A program made the position numbers and the translations under genes. Below, piece by piece: positions 1-10,032 of a DNA stretch of 16,422 nucleotides. Numbering within the stretch: the first letter of the stretch is position 1; each line of letters starts with the position of its first letter. Origin of the DNA: a virus (taxonomy: Duplodnaviria; Heunggongvirae; Uroviricota; Caudoviricetes); the IMG/VR virus record IMGVR_UViG_2877285697_000001, positions 1-16,422 of that record. One strand, 5' to 3'. The notes below the pieces were generated by a model. That model searched no databases and had not been told where the DNA came from. It worked only from the letters and a program-made list of their open reading frames with translations.

Positions 1-303
1 TTAACGCGTATTTTTCAGCGACTCCTGTGCAAAATACGCTGTTGCTTTTTTTAATATATCTCGCTCAAGGCGAGCTTCATTTAACGCCTTACGCAGTTGC
101 AGAATTTCAGATTCCAGTTCAGCCACCGTGCGGGAACCAGGAGTACCGAGCCCTTTTCTGGCGGCGGTAACCCATTGTCCTAAAGTGCCTTCAGGAAGGG
201 ATAATCGGGAAGCGCCTTCACTGATCGAAAGTTGATTTTCAAGAACCGTTCTGACAGCTTCGGCTTTGAACTCTTTAGAGTAACGTTGGGTTTTTCTGCT
301 CAT
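1..303 (-). CDS. IS600 OrfA, IS3-family transposase HTH subunit (100 aa)
   Basis: Six-frame ORF MSRKTQRYSKEFKAEAVRTVLENQLSISEGASRLS..., recognised as IS600/IS3-family OrfA; second copy at 4473-4775. Confidence 0.9.
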   Translation of the reverse strand: MSRKTQRYSKEFKAEAVRTVLENQLSISEGASRLSLPEGTLGQWVTAARKGLGTPGSRTVAELESEILQLRKALNEARLERDILKKATAYFAQESLKNTR

Positions 304-367
304 TATTAGCTCCTTCTGATGCCATTCTATTTCAGGAAGGAGTGTCCGTTAAACTCAGGCTACCTCA
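1..367 (-). mobile_element. IS600 (IS3 family) copy, cut by the window start; its orfA-proximal terminus ends at 367
   Basis: 351-367 AAACTCAGGCTACCTCA is the reverse complement of the left terminus TGAGGTAGCCTGAGTTT of the complete copy at 4409; orfA is identical apart from one residue. Confidence 0.85.
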
Positions 368-535
368 GGTGATATCACCACTATCCAGTCGTTACGCCAT
401 ACCTCCGATCTTGATACCGGAGAGATGTATGTCTTCCTGTGTAAGGTTGAAGCCTGGGCGATGAATATTGGTTGCCATCTGACTATTCCGCAGAGCTGCG
501 AGTTCCAGCAGCTCCGCGACAAGCAGGAGGCGTAA
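368..535 (+). pseudogene. 3' fragment of the lambdoid nin-region gene preceding ninE (ybcN-like by synteny only); 5' part removed by IS600
   Basis: Open frame runs from the IS600 terminus at 367 to TAA at 533-535, which overlaps the ninE ATG; no start codon inside the window. Confidence 0.45.
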
Positions 536-705
536 TGGCTACACCGCTTATTCGTGTCATGAACGGACACATCTACAGAGTACCAAATCGTCGTAAGCGT
601 AAGCCTGAGCTGAAGCCATCCGAAATACCAACACTGCTCGGATATACCGCCAGCCTGGTTGATAAAAAATGGTTGCGACTGGCAGCAAGGAGGAGTCATG
701 GCTGA
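535..705 (+). CDS. ninE: NinE (56 aa)
   Basis: [56 protein letters not shown]; ATG at 535 inside the longer track ORF 472-705; DLP12 ninE by recollection and synteny. Confidence 0.8.
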   Translation: MATPLIRVMNGHIYRVPNRRKRKPELKPSEIPTLLGYTASLVDKKWLRLAARRSHG

Positions 706-988
706 TTTGAGAAAAGCAGCGCGTGGTCGGGAATGCCAGGTAAGAATCCCTGGCGTATGTAATGGCAACCCTGAAACGTCTGTACTGGCACATATTTGGC
801 TGGCTGGATTGTGCGGCACCGGTATTAAACCGCCAGACCTGATTGCCACCATTGCATGTTCTGCCTGTCACGATGAGATCGACCGTCGCACGAATTTTGT
901 TGACGCTGGATATGCAAAAGAATGCGCGCTGGAAGGTCTGGCGAGAACACAGGTTATCTGGCTGAAAGAGGGGGTTATTAAGGCGTGA
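698..988 (+). CDS. ybcO: YbcO, DUF1364-type putative nuclease (96 aa)
   Basis: ATG at 698 preceded by AGGAGG (688-693); [30 protein letters not shown]...; overlaps ninE stop. Confidence 0.8.
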   Translation: MADLRKAARGRECQVRIPGVCNGNPETSVLAHIWLAGLCGTGIKPPDLIATIACSACHDEIDRRTNFVDAGYAKECALEGLARTQVIWLKEGVIKA

Positions 989-1347
989 ATACCTACAGCA
1001 TCACACTACCCTGGCCGCCGAGCAATAACCGCTACTACCGCCATAATCGAGGGCGCACGCACATCAGCGCAGAAGGGCAGGCATACCGCGATAACGTCGC
1101 CCGAATCATTAAAGGCTCAATGCTGGATATCGGTCTGGCTATGCCTGTGAAAATCCGCATTGAGTGCTACATGCCGGATCGCCGTCGCCGTGACCTGGAT
1201 AATCTACAAAAAGCCTCTTTTGATGCACTCACCAAAGCAGGTTTCTGGCTGGATGATGCTCAGGTCGTTGATTACCGCGTTGTGAAGATGCCGGTTGTCA
1301 AAGGTGGAAAGCTGGAACTGACCATCACTGAACTGGGAGATGAATGA
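985..1347 (+). CDS. rusA: RusA Holliday-junction resolvase (120 aa), GTG start overlapping ybcO stop
   Basis: [26 protein letters not shown]...[14 protein letters not shown], near-identical to recalled E. coli K-12 RusA. Confidence 0.9.
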   Translation: MNTYSITLPWPPSNNRYYRHNRGRTHISAEGQAYRDNVARIIKGSMLDIGLAMPVKIRIECYMPDRRRRDLDNLQKASFDALTKAGFWLDDAQVVDYRVVKMPVVKGGKLELTITELGDE

Positions 1348-1484
1348 TGTTTGAGTTTTATATGGCAGAACTTCTTCGCCACCGCTGGATGCGCCTGCGC
1401 TTATATCGTTTCCCCAGTTCTGTTTTGACCGATTACCGAATACTGAGGAATTACGCCAAAACCCTGACAGGAGCAGGAGTATGA
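1344..1484 (+). CDS. ylcG: Small protein YlcG (46 aa), below the ORF-track size cutoff
   Basis: ATGATG at 1344 overlapping the rusA stop; translation [46 protein letters not shown], stop TGA 1482-1484. Confidence 0.55.
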   Translation: MMFEFYMAELLRHRWMRLRLYRFPSSVLTDYRILRNYAKTLTGAGV

Positions 1485-1569
1485 AGTCAGAGATAACAAT
1501 CAACTAATACTGTTTTGTTGATTTTTGCTTGTAATTGGCGTTCTGGTCTGATTTTTGTGGAGTAAGTTG

Positions 1570-1953
1570 ATGCGTGATATTCAGATGGTTCTTGAGCGTT
1601 GGGGAGCGTGGGCGGCTAATAATCATGAAGATGTGACCTGGTCGTCCATTGCCGCCGGTTTTAAGGGATTAATTCCTTCAAAAGTAAAATCTCGCCCGCA
1701 ATGTTGTGACGATGACGCGATGATCATTTGCGGGTGCATGGCCCGTCTGAAAAAGAACAACAGCGATTTGCACGATTTATTAGTAGATTATTATGTAGTC
1801 GGTATGACATTCATGTCACTGGCAGGTAAGCATTGCTGCTCTGATGGTTATATCGGGAAAAGGTTACAGAAGGCTGAGGGCATAATTGAAGGGATGTTAA
1901 TGGCATTAGATATTCGGTTAGAGATGGATATCGTTGTTAATAACTCTAATTAA
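1570..1953 (+). CDS. quuD: Late-gene antiterminator Q (127 aa)
   Basis: [34 protein letters not shown]... from ATG 1570; the track ORF begins at an upstream TTG at 1555. Confidence 0.85.
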   Translation: MRDIQMVLERWGAWAANNHEDVTWSSIAAGFKGLIPSKVKSRPQCCDDDAMIICGCMARLKKNNSDLHDLLVDYYVVGMTFMSLAGKHCCSDGYIGKRLQKAEGIIEGMLMALDIRLEMDIVVNNSN

Positions 1954-1969
1954 TATGCCAATTGTTTAC

Positions 1970-2004
1970 TAAAAATTATTAAAAATGGGGCGTTGCAACG
2001 CCCC
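1970..2004 (-). terminator. Candidate intrinsic terminator for the minus-strand porin transcript
   Basis: Perfect palindrome GGGGCGTTGCAACGCCCC (1987-2004); on the minus strand it is followed by a T-rich run (complement of 1970-1986). Confidence 0.4.
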
Positions 2005-2141
2005 CAAAAATAAAGGGTAATATATAACAGAAGGTTTATATAGTTAGAAGCAAGGTTGTGCTCCTAAAGGAAGTGGCTTGAGGGAGCCACTTATATGTTG
2101 GGGAGGCAAAGCCTCCCGCAACATATCTTTTAGTAATCAAA

Positions 2142-3224
2142 TTAGAACTGGTAAACCATACCTACAGCAACGATATCATCGGTAGCAACGCCAGATGCTT
2201 TCGTGAAATCGCTCTTATCAATCAGGTTGATTTTGTAATCAACAAAAGTGGACATATTTTTGTTGAAGTAATAGGTTGCACCTACATCAATATATTCAAC
2301 CAGGTCCTGATCACCCCACGCACCCAAGTCTTTTCCTTTAGATTGCAGGTAAGCAACGGACGGACGCAGACCGAAGTCGAACTGATATTGTGCAACTACT
2401 TCGAAGTTTTGTGCTTTGTTGGCAATATGGTTATTACCAAAAACAGTCATGTTCTGGGTTTCAGAATAGGTGGTAGCCAGATAGATGTTGTTCGCATCAT
2501 ATTTCAGACCAGCTGCCCATACTTCAGCATTTTGACCAGATGCATTCAGGCTGTTGTTACCGTAGATAACCTGATTATTAGTGCGGTCAGATTTAGCATA
2601 GGTTGCACCTACACCGAATCCTTCATACTCATAAGTAGTGGAGAAACCGAAACCATCACCATTAGCTTCAGTTACGTCAGTGCGGTCATTTTTACCCTGA
2701 TACTGAGCAGCAAAGTTCAGACCATCAACCAGACCAAAGAAGTCGTTGTTACGATAAGTTGCAACACCAGTGGTGCGACCAGTCATGAACACATCTGTTT
2801 GGCTCCAGGTATCGCCACCGAATTCTGGCAGAACGTCAGTCCACGCACCGATGTCATATGCTACACCGTAGTTACGGCCGTAATCGATTGAGCCGTAGTC
2901 CCCGAATTTCAGGCCTGCAAATGCAAGACGGGTTTTGTCTTTGGAGGAGCCTTGAGATTCAGCGCGGTTACCTTTGAATTCATATTCCCACTGACCGAAA
3001 CCAGTCAGTTGATCGTTGATTTGGGTTTCACCTTTGAAGCCAAGACGGGCATAAGTAGTATCACCATCATCTGCATCATTAGAGGAGAAGTAGTGCTTGG
3101 CATTAACTTTCCCGTACAGATCCAGCTTGTTACTGTCTTTATTATAAATTTCAGCTGCCTGAGCAGACATCGCCATCAGTACTGATGCAGCTACAGCAGA
3201 AATTGCCACTGTTAATTTTTTCAT
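2142..3224 (-). CDS. nmpC: Outer-membrane general porin NmpC (OmpC/OmpF/OmpD family), intact 360 aa with signal peptide
   Basis: [23 protein letters not shown] signal peptide, porin repeats, C-terminal ...VGMVYQF; sits between Q and holin as in DLP12. Confidence 0.9.
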   Translation of the reverse strand: MKKLTVAISAVAASVLMAMSAQAAEIYNKDSNKLDLYGKVNAKHYFSSNDADDGDTTYARLGFKGETQINDQLTGFGQWEYEFKGNRAESQGSSKDKTRLAFAGLKFGDYGSIDYGRNYGVAYDIGAWTDVLPEFGGDTWSQTDVFMTGRTTGVATYRNNDFFGLVDGLNFAAQYQGKNDRTDVTEANGDGFGFSTTYEYEGFGVGATYAKSDRTNNQVIYGNNSLNASGQNAEVWAAGLKYDANNIYLATTYSETQNMTVFGNNHIANKAQNFEVVAQYQFDFGLRPSVAYLQSKGKDLGAWGDQDLVEYIDVGATYYFNKNMSTFVDYKINLIDKSDFTKASGVATDDIVAVGMVYQF

Positions 3225-3812
3225 CGTGAGCCCTTTTTTTTGAACTATTATTAAAAAATGATGTCACTGCGCGATAAATATTCATCTAATCAATGTGATT
3301 ATTTCAAGATGTAAGTTTTAGTTTCTCATTTAATTTGTGAAGTAGATCTCTATTTTTATCTGAACTTTTTCTATCGAAACCTATTTATGGCTCTTATTTG
3401 AACAAAAATAAACCTATTAGCTAATTTATATTAATGGCTGTTATTTATGGGGGTTCTATAATTCGGTGGTTTAATTTAAATCAACTAAAAATAACGCCGG
3501 AAATTATTTATTGGTTATTTGTTGAGGTTTTCTTATGTATTTGTGGTGGTGTTTTGAACACTCGGTAGCATTCTCATAAATATCATTCAGTGGTTTACGT
3601 ACGTAAAAAATTGGTTATGCTGTTAAGAGTGGTTACTTCGTCACGCAGCTTAAACCCGCCGTCGAGCTGGTTTTTCCATTTTTTGAGTCTCGATATTAGC
3701 TGATAACTCAATACCTGAGTTATTCACTGACTCCGAGTCTGTTACGTTTCTGCTTTTTTGCGATACGTTGTATTCCCTCAATTTACACCCGCTTTGTCTG
3801 CGAGGTGGGGTT

Positions 3813-4028
3813 ATGAAATCCATGGATAAGTTAACAACGGGTGTCGCCTATGGCACCTCAGCAGGTAGTGCCGGTTACTGGTTTTTACAGCTGCTCGATA
3901 AAGTCACGCCCTCACAGTGGGCAGCAATAGGTGTGCTGGGTAGCCTGGTATTTGGCCTGCTGACGTACCTGACAAACCTTTATTTCAAGATTAAAGAAGA
4001 TAAGCGCAAGGCTGCGAGAGGTGAATAA
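3813..4028 (+). CDS. essD: Holin EssD (71 aa)
   Basis: [71 protein letters not shown] from ATG 3813. Confidence 0.8.
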
Positions 4029-4408
4029 TGCCTCCATCATTACGAAAAGCCGTTGCTGCTGCTATTGGTGGCGGAGCAATTGCTATAGCATCAGTGTTAA
4101 TCACTGGCCCAGGTGGTAACGATGGTCTGGAAGGTGTCAGCTACATACCATACAAAGATATTGTTGGTGTATGGACTGTATGTCACGGGCATACAGGAAA
4201 AGACATCATGCTCGGTAAAACGTATACCAAAGCAGAATGCAAAGCCCTCCTGAATAAAGACCTTGCCACGGTCGCCAGACAAATTAACCCGTACATAAAA
4301 GTTGATATACCGGAAACAACGCGCGGCGCTCTTTACTCGTTCGTTTACAACGTGGGCGCTGGCAATTTCAGAACATCGACACTTCTTCGCAAAATAAACC
4401 AGGGCGAT
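4028..4408 (+). pseudogene. rrrD: Endolysin (lysozyme) RrrD, 3'-truncated by IS600 after residue 127
   Basis: [28 protein letters not shown]...; frame stops at TGA 4409-4411 formed by the IS600 terminus TGAGG; recalled K-12 RrrD is about 165 aa. Confidence 0.85.
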
Positions 4409-4472
4409 TGAGGTAGCCTGAGTTTAACGGACACTCCTTCCTGAAATAGAATGGCATCAGAAGGAGCTAATA

Positions 4473-4775
4473 ATGAGCAGAAAAACCCAACGTTACTCTA
4501 AAGAGTTCAAAGCCGAAGCTGTCAGAACGGTTCTTGAAAATCAACTTTCGATCAGTGAAGGCGCTTCCCGATTATCCCTTCCTGAAGGCACTTTAGGACA
4601 ATGGGTTACCGCCGCCAGAAAAGGGCTCGGTACTCCTGGTTCCCACACGGTGGCTGAACTGGAATCTGAAATTCTGCAACTGCGTAAGGCGTTAAATGAA
4701 GCTCGCCTTGAGCGAGATATATTAAAAAAAGCAACAGCGTATTTTGCACAGGAGTCGCTGAAAAATACGCGTTAA
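4473..4775 (+). CDS. IS600 OrfA
   Basis: 100-aa ORF; differs from the copy at 1-303 by one residue (H58 versus R58). Confidence 0.9.
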   Translation: MSRKTQRYSKEFKAEAVRTVLENQLSISEGASRLSLPEGTLGQWVTAARKGLGTPGSHTVAELESEILQLRKALNEARLERDILKKATAYFAQESLKNTR

Positions 4776-4810
4776 TCGAACAATGGCGACAACAATTTCC
4801 CATTGAAGCG

Positions 4811-5629
4811 ATGTGTCAGGTATTTGGTGTATCCAGGAGCGGTTATTACAACTGGGTACAGCATGAACCCTCAGACAGAAAACAAAGTGATGAGCGGCTA
4901 AAACTGGAGATTAAGGTGGCACATATCCGCACTCGCGAAACATATGGAACCCGGCGGCTCCAGACGGAGCTGGCAGAGAATGGCATCATCGTTGGTCGTG
5001 ACCGGCTGGCACGTCTTCGTAAGGAGCTAAGGCTACGCTGTAAGCAGAAACGCAAGTTCAGAGCGACTACGAACCCGAACCACAATCTGCCAGTTGCGCC
5101 AAATCTGCTGAACCAGACGTTCGCTCCTACAGCACCAAATCAGGTCTGGGTGGCGGACCTGACGTATGTTGCCACACAGGAGGGATGGTTGTACCTCGCT
5201 GGCATCAAAGATGTTTATACGTGCGAAATTGTCGGCTACGCCATGGGAGAGCGCATGACAAAAGAGCTGACAGGTAAAGCCCTGTTTATGGCGCTCAGGA
5301 GCCAGCGCCCACCTGCCGGGCTAATCCACCACTCTGATCGAGGTTCACAGTACTGCGCATACGATTACCGGGTCATACAGGAGCAGTCTGGTCTGAAAAC
5401 ATCAATGTCGCGTAAAGGTAACTGTTACGACAACGCTCCGATGGAAAGCTTCTGGGGAACGCTGAAAAATGAGAGCCTGAGCCACTATCGTTTTAATAAC
5501 CGGGATGAAGCCATCTCAGTAATACGGGAATACATTGAGATTTTCTACAATCGTCAGCGTCGTCACTCTCGTCTGGGGAATATCTCCCCGGCAGCCTTCA
5601 GGGAAAAATATCATCAGATGGCTGCTTAA
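4811..5629 (+). CDS. IS600 OrfB, DDE transposase catalytic subunit (made as OrfAB by -1 frameshift)
   Basis: 272-aa ORF with rve-type DDE motifs (...HSDRGSQY...NAPMESFWGTLK...), frame -1 relative to orfA. Confidence 0.9.
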   Translation: MCQVFGVSRSGYYNWVQHEPSDRKQSDERLKLEIKVAHIRTRETYGTRRLQTELAENGIIVGRDRLARLRKELRLRCKQKRKFRATTNPNHNLPVAPNLLNQTFAPTAPNQVWVADLTYVATQEGWLYLAGIKDVYTCEIVGYAMGERMTKELTGKALFMALRSQRPPAGLIHHSDRGSQYCAYDYRVIQEQSGLKTSMSRKGNCYDNAPMESFWGTLKNESLSHYRFNNRDEAISVIREYIEIFYNRQRRHSRLGNISPAAFREKYHQMAA

Positions 5630-5766
5630 AAAAAGAACAAATGGTAGTGTCCGCTATTGCCAGTACACCTCAACCGGTTACGACATCAACCAGGTCTTTG
5701 GTTTCATAACCGAGATATGTGTGTTTGAGAGCATCTTTGTAGTGGTCAACAAAAACTGGCCACCGA

Positions 5767-6915
<1,149 letters not shown>

Positions 6916-6971
6916 TATGGCACCTGTGTTGTTCTGAGGTGAGCATATCACCTCTGTTCAGGTGGCCAAAT

Positions 6972-7619
6972 TCAGTAAACCACTTCAACCCCTTCATACA
7001 ACATATCAAGACGCTCAACAATCAATCCTGTTGGAGGTTCCATTTTTAGAACGAGGGCAAACTCTCCTGGCCCACGTCGTATTGTTATACGCGGGCCGGT
7101 ACACTCCACATCCCAATTGTCTGATTTAGCTTTCCATTCATTTTCATCTATCAGTAAAGTCTCCTTACCAATAGAATTATAGAAAATTCCTGATAAAAGC
7201 ATCGGTCCATGTGGTATGGGTGAAGGTTTCACAGAAAGAATGGGTTGTTCGTTGACTACAATCAAATTTTGACAGTTATGAAACGTCACTCCTGCAAATT
7301 TTACTGTTATAGGCTCATTATGAAAATCAAACATTTCATTTGCAAAACCAGCCTGTAAGCACTTGGGATTTCTGTCAGCTATTTCCACTGTCTGTGCTGA
7401 AAGTCTACCACGAGCTCTTTTTTGATTGTATTGGGAGCAAAGAAGTGTCATTCCATTCGGATCATGTACTTTGGCATCAACGAAGTCAGGTTTAAAATGC
7501 TCATAATCATAAAATCCAAATCCACAAATTACACAGCCAAAGCCGCACCTTTGCCTTATCTGACGTTTTATTGTCTCAGGTATTCTTCTTGAGAGCCCGT
7601 GTTTATTAATATTGTCCAT
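6972..7619 (-). CDS. HNH-endonuclease-like domain protein (215 aa); the last five codons and stop lie inside the IS911 terminus
   Basis: N-terminal CGFGCVICG...YEHFKP...DPNGMTLLCSQYNQKRA resembles an HNH (His-Me finger) motif; C-terminal 140 aa unassigned; IS911 end at 6987 overlaps the 3' end. Confidence 0.5.
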   Translation of the reverse strand: MDNINKHGLSRRIPETIKRQIRQRCGFGCVICGFGFYDYEHFKPDFVDAKVHDPNGMTLLCSQYNQKRARGRLSAQTVEIADRNPKCLQAGFANEMFDFHNEPITVKFAGVTFHNCQNLIVVNEQPILSVKPSPIPHGPMLLSGIFYNSIGKETLLIDENEWKAKSDNWDVECTGPRITIRRGPGEFALVLKMEPPTGLIVERLDMLYEGVEVVY

Positions 7620-7749
7620 ATGGTTAGTACGCTATAAGTTTGTTTCTATAATTTTACCACAATAGATAAGTTTGTATCAGAAATCGCTATATGGAGTGAG
7701 CGGAATATTTATATTATTCATGCAATTGCTCTCCCGTACGCAGCCCGCA

Positions 7750-7775
7750 CTTCCGTCATCGCAGAATGACGGAAG
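7750..7775. other. Perfect 10-bp stem hairpin CTTCCGTCAT-cgcaga-ATGACGGAAG
   Basis: Exact inverted repeat 19 bp downstream of the stop of minus-strand gene 7794-8117; no T-run on either strand. Confidence 0.5.
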
Positions 7776-7793
7776 CCTTACTAACTGGCGCCT

Positions 7794-8117
7794 TTATTGA
7801 AACAGATTCTGAGGTAAATGCGGCAATACTCGACTCCACTTATCATCCTGCCACGGCTGAAGTTTTACATGTGCCGTTTCTCGGACGAGGATTGCTCGCG
7901 CTCTGTTGAGTATCTGGGGATATTCTTGCTCGATGGAAGTGAAGTGACCAGCTTCACCATGCTCCGCATCCTGAAGAAGATGAGTAACGTTCTGGTAGGC
8001 AATTAACATCACATTCCCTGCTCGCCATAACCAGGCGAGTGTGCAAAGTTCGTTATCAGTGAATTGTTTTGTGATTGGGGATTGTTGAACTGCTAGAACG
8101 AGAACGCCAGCATCCAT
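7794..8117 (-). CDS. Hypothetical protein (107 aa), no family recognised
   Basis: ATG (complement of 8115-8117) preceded by AGGGA Shine-Dalgarno on the minus strand; co-directional with flanking genes. Confidence 0.45.
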   Translation of the reverse strand: MDAGVLVLAVQQSPITKQFTDNELCTLAWLWRAGNVMLIAYQNVTHLLQDAEHGEAGHFTSIEQEYPQILNRARAILVRETAHVKLQPWQDDKWSRVLPHLPQNLFQ

Positions 8118-8228
8118 TGGCAGTCCCTATAGTAAAACCATAGCTCAGGACGCTTCGTTCAGGATAGATAATTTTATTGTACTTACCTAACTTTCTTACT
8201 ATAGCACGGTTGAAAAAGTGATTATTAC

Positions 8229-8832
8229 TCAAAAATAAACCTCACCATCAACCATATATTTGAGAGTACTTATCGCCTGCTGGGCGGATATTGTTTTCAT
8301 TAAAGGATAGTGTTTAAAAACAATGCCATTCATAAAATAGATATCACAGGTTTTATTATCTGTATTGATTATGATTTTTTCGAATGTTTTATAGGCAAGT
8401 GTACGACATAGCTCTCGCCCATTTTTACTGGTTAAGTCAATAGCATGAAAATCACCAAGTGAGCTCACCGCTTTACTCTTCAAAGTTTTTAATGATACAG
8501 AAGCCCTTCGTAATTCCTTATCTAATACTCTGATTTTTTCTGCTATAGCGGTAACTTCAGGCGCAACAGATAATGCAGCAATTAAATTATTAATTTTCAT
8601 ATGGAGCTCAATAATTTTCAACTCTAAAGTTTCATTAGCATCTTTCTTGTTTTCAACTGGTTGGATTTTACTACAATTAAAAAGCAACTCATTAATGATA
8701 TTATAATCAACCAAATCTCTCTTTATTGATGGCCTGCCACATCGATGCAGTCTTCTCATCGGACAAACATAATAGCCATGCAAACTTCCAGATACCGCCT
8801 GAACAATCATGGTATTACCACAAGCCTCGCAC
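8229..8832 (-). pseudogene. C-terminal fragment of a large serine recombinase (zinc beta-ribbon plus coiled-coil), N-terminal catalytic part replaced by IS1
   Basis: PCEACGNTMIVQAVSGSLHGYYVCPMRRLHRCGRP matches the recombinase zinc-ribbon pattern C-x2-C...YYxC...C, followed by coiled-coil-like LELKIIELHMKINNLIAAL...; frame is open into the IS1 end at 8833 with no ATG. Confidence 0.55.
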
Positions 8833-8887
8833 GGTAATGCTGCCAACTTACTGATTTAGTGTATGATGGTGATTTTAAGGTGCTTGC

Positions 8888-9163
8888 GTGGCTTCCATTT
8901 CCATCAGATGTCCTTCCTGCTCCGCTACTGAAGGCGTGGTGCGTAACGGCAAAAGCACTGCCGGACATCAGCGCTATCTCTGCTCTCATTGCCGTAAAAC
9001 ATGGCAACTACAGTTCACTTACACCGCCTCTCAGCCCGGTACGCACCAGAAAATCATTGATATGGCCATGAATGGCGTCGGATGTCGCGCCAGTGCACGC
9101 ATTATGGGCGTTGGCCTCAACACGGTTTTACGTCACTTAAAAAACTCAGGCCGCAGTCGGTAA
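8888..9163 (+). CDS. insA: IS1 InsA (91 aa)
   Basis: [66 protein letters not shown]... Confidence 0.95.
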   Translation: MASISIRCPSCSATEGVVRNGKSTAGHQRYLCSHCRKTWQLQFTYTASQPGTHQKIIDMAMNGVGCRASARIMGVGLNTVLRHLKNSGRSR

Positions 9164-9585
9164 CCTCGCGCATACAACCGGGCAGTGATGTGATTGTCTG
9201 CGCTGAAATGGACGAACAGTGGGGCTACGTCGGTGCTAAATCACGTCAGCGCTGGCTGTTTTACGCGTATGACAGGATACGGAGGACGGTTGTGGCGCAC
9301 GTCTTCGGTGAACGCACTCTGGCCACACTGGAGCGTCTTCTGAGCCTGCTGTCGGCCTTTGAGGTCGTGGTATGGATGACGGATGGCTGGCCGCTGTATG
9401 AATCACGCCTGAAGGGAAAGCTGCACGTTATCAGCAAGCGTTACACTCAGCGCATTGAGCGACATAATCTGAATCTGAGACAACATCTGGCAAGGCTGGG
9501 ACGGAAGTCACTGTCGTTCTCAAAATCGGTGGAGCTGCATGACAAGGTCATCGGGCATTATCTGAACATAAAACACTATCAGTAA
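9082..9585 (+). CDS. insB: IS1 InsB reading frame (expressed as InsAB' by frameshift)
   Basis: 167-aa ORF ...[65 protein letters not shown]. Confidence 0.9.
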   Translation: MSRQCTHYGRWPQHGFTSLKKLRPQSVTSRIQPGSDVIVCAEMDEQWGYVGAKSRQRWLFYAYDRIRRTVVAHVFGERTLATLERLLSLLSAFEVVVWMTDGWPLYESRLKGKLHVISKRYTQRIERHNLNLRQHLARLGRKSLSFSKSVELHDKVIGHYLNIKHYQ

Positions 9586-9694
9586 GTTGGAGTCATTACC
9601 GAGAACGATTTATCACCGCAGTCGGGCTAAATCCGCTAGTCTGTTGGTATGTAAGTGGTTGCATAGTCATTGCCTTATCAGTTAACGCCGCAGT

Positions 9695-9922
9695 TTAGGC
9701 GGCAGAATTACTCGCGTTAAACAATGGTGCGAGGTCGGGACGAATATCTGCTGGTTTAATCTTTCCACCAGTGGCTGAGACAATTTTCATTACATAGCGG
9801 GCATCAATTCCGCCACCGTGTAGCCAACGCCAAACTGTGGGTTGGGCTACACCGCATAGATCTGCCAGTCGTTTTTGACTACCTGTAATACTGATTGCGA
9901 GTTGAATGGTTTGATTTGTCAT
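9695..9922 (-). CDS. Cro-like HTH regulator (75 aa)
   Basis: MTNQTIQLAISITGSQKRLADLCGVAQPTVWRWLHGG... HTH; ATG (complement of 9920-9922) with AGGA 9 nt upstream; divergent from the repressor gene. Confidence 0.7.
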   Translation of the reverse strand: MTNQTIQLAISITGSQKRLADLCGVAQPTVWRWLHGGGIDARYVMKIVSATGGKIKPADIRPDLAPLFNASNSAA

Positions 9923-10032
9923 TATCAATTCCTGTTGGTATTGCAATGAATGAATAATAGCAATGCGTATTAATCCAAGCAATAGCAAAACGTGTTTTGA
10001 CCATCAATACGCAAGCGTATAAATTAAAACTT
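9923..10032. promoter_or_regulatory. Divergent immunity control region (pR-like and pRM-like promoters with operator dyads)
   Basis: Minus-strand promoter: -35 TTGCTT (complement of 9977-9982), 17-bp spacer, -10 TATTAT (complement of 9954-9959). Dyads AATAGCAATGCGTATT (9956-9971) and ATACGCAAGCGTAT (10007-10020). TATAAA (10017-10022) lies 10 nt before the cI ATG. Confidence 0.45.

Larger units (their letters stand above)
4409..5672 (+). mobile_element. IS600, complete copy (1264 bp)
   Basis: Termini TGAGGTAGCC...(4409) and ...GTACACCTCA (5672), TG...CA ends typical of IS3 family; orfA plus orfB in the -1 frame. Confidence 0.85.
8833..9600 (+). mobile_element. IS1, complete 768 bp
   Basis: Left end GGTAATGCTGCCAACTTACTGAT (8833), right end ...CACTATCAGTAAGTTGGAGTCATTACC (9600); insA/insB inside. 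Confidence 0.95.

Noticed and set aside
355-852. 165-aa minus-strand ORF (and overlapping 557-871 ORF)
   Set aside because: Antisense to the ninE/ybcO genes and the upstream gene fragment, crosses the IS600 terminus, no recognisable family; treated as a chance ORF.
1204-1503. 99-aa minus-strand ORF
   Set aside because: Antisense to rusA and ylcG, which are well supported; no independent signal.
2343-3185. Plus-strand ORFs 2343-2891 and 2952-3185
   Set aside because: Lie entirely antisense within the nmpC porin gene; low-complexity translations; spurious.
3640-3690. tR'-like terminator or Q-utilisation site upstream of essD
   Set aside because: Only a weak 5-bp stem (CAGCT...AGCTG) followed by a T-run; too weak to call without alignment to a known Q/pR' region.
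7818-8006. 62-aa plus-strand ORF
   Set aside because: Antisense inside the 107-aa minus-strand gene; no ribosome-binding site noted.
8807-9071. ORFs 8807-9007 (minus) and 8859-9071 (plus) within IS1; same for 15626-15844 and 15696-15908 in the second copy
   Set aside because: Alternate-frame ORFs inside IS1; the established IS1 genes are insA and insB.
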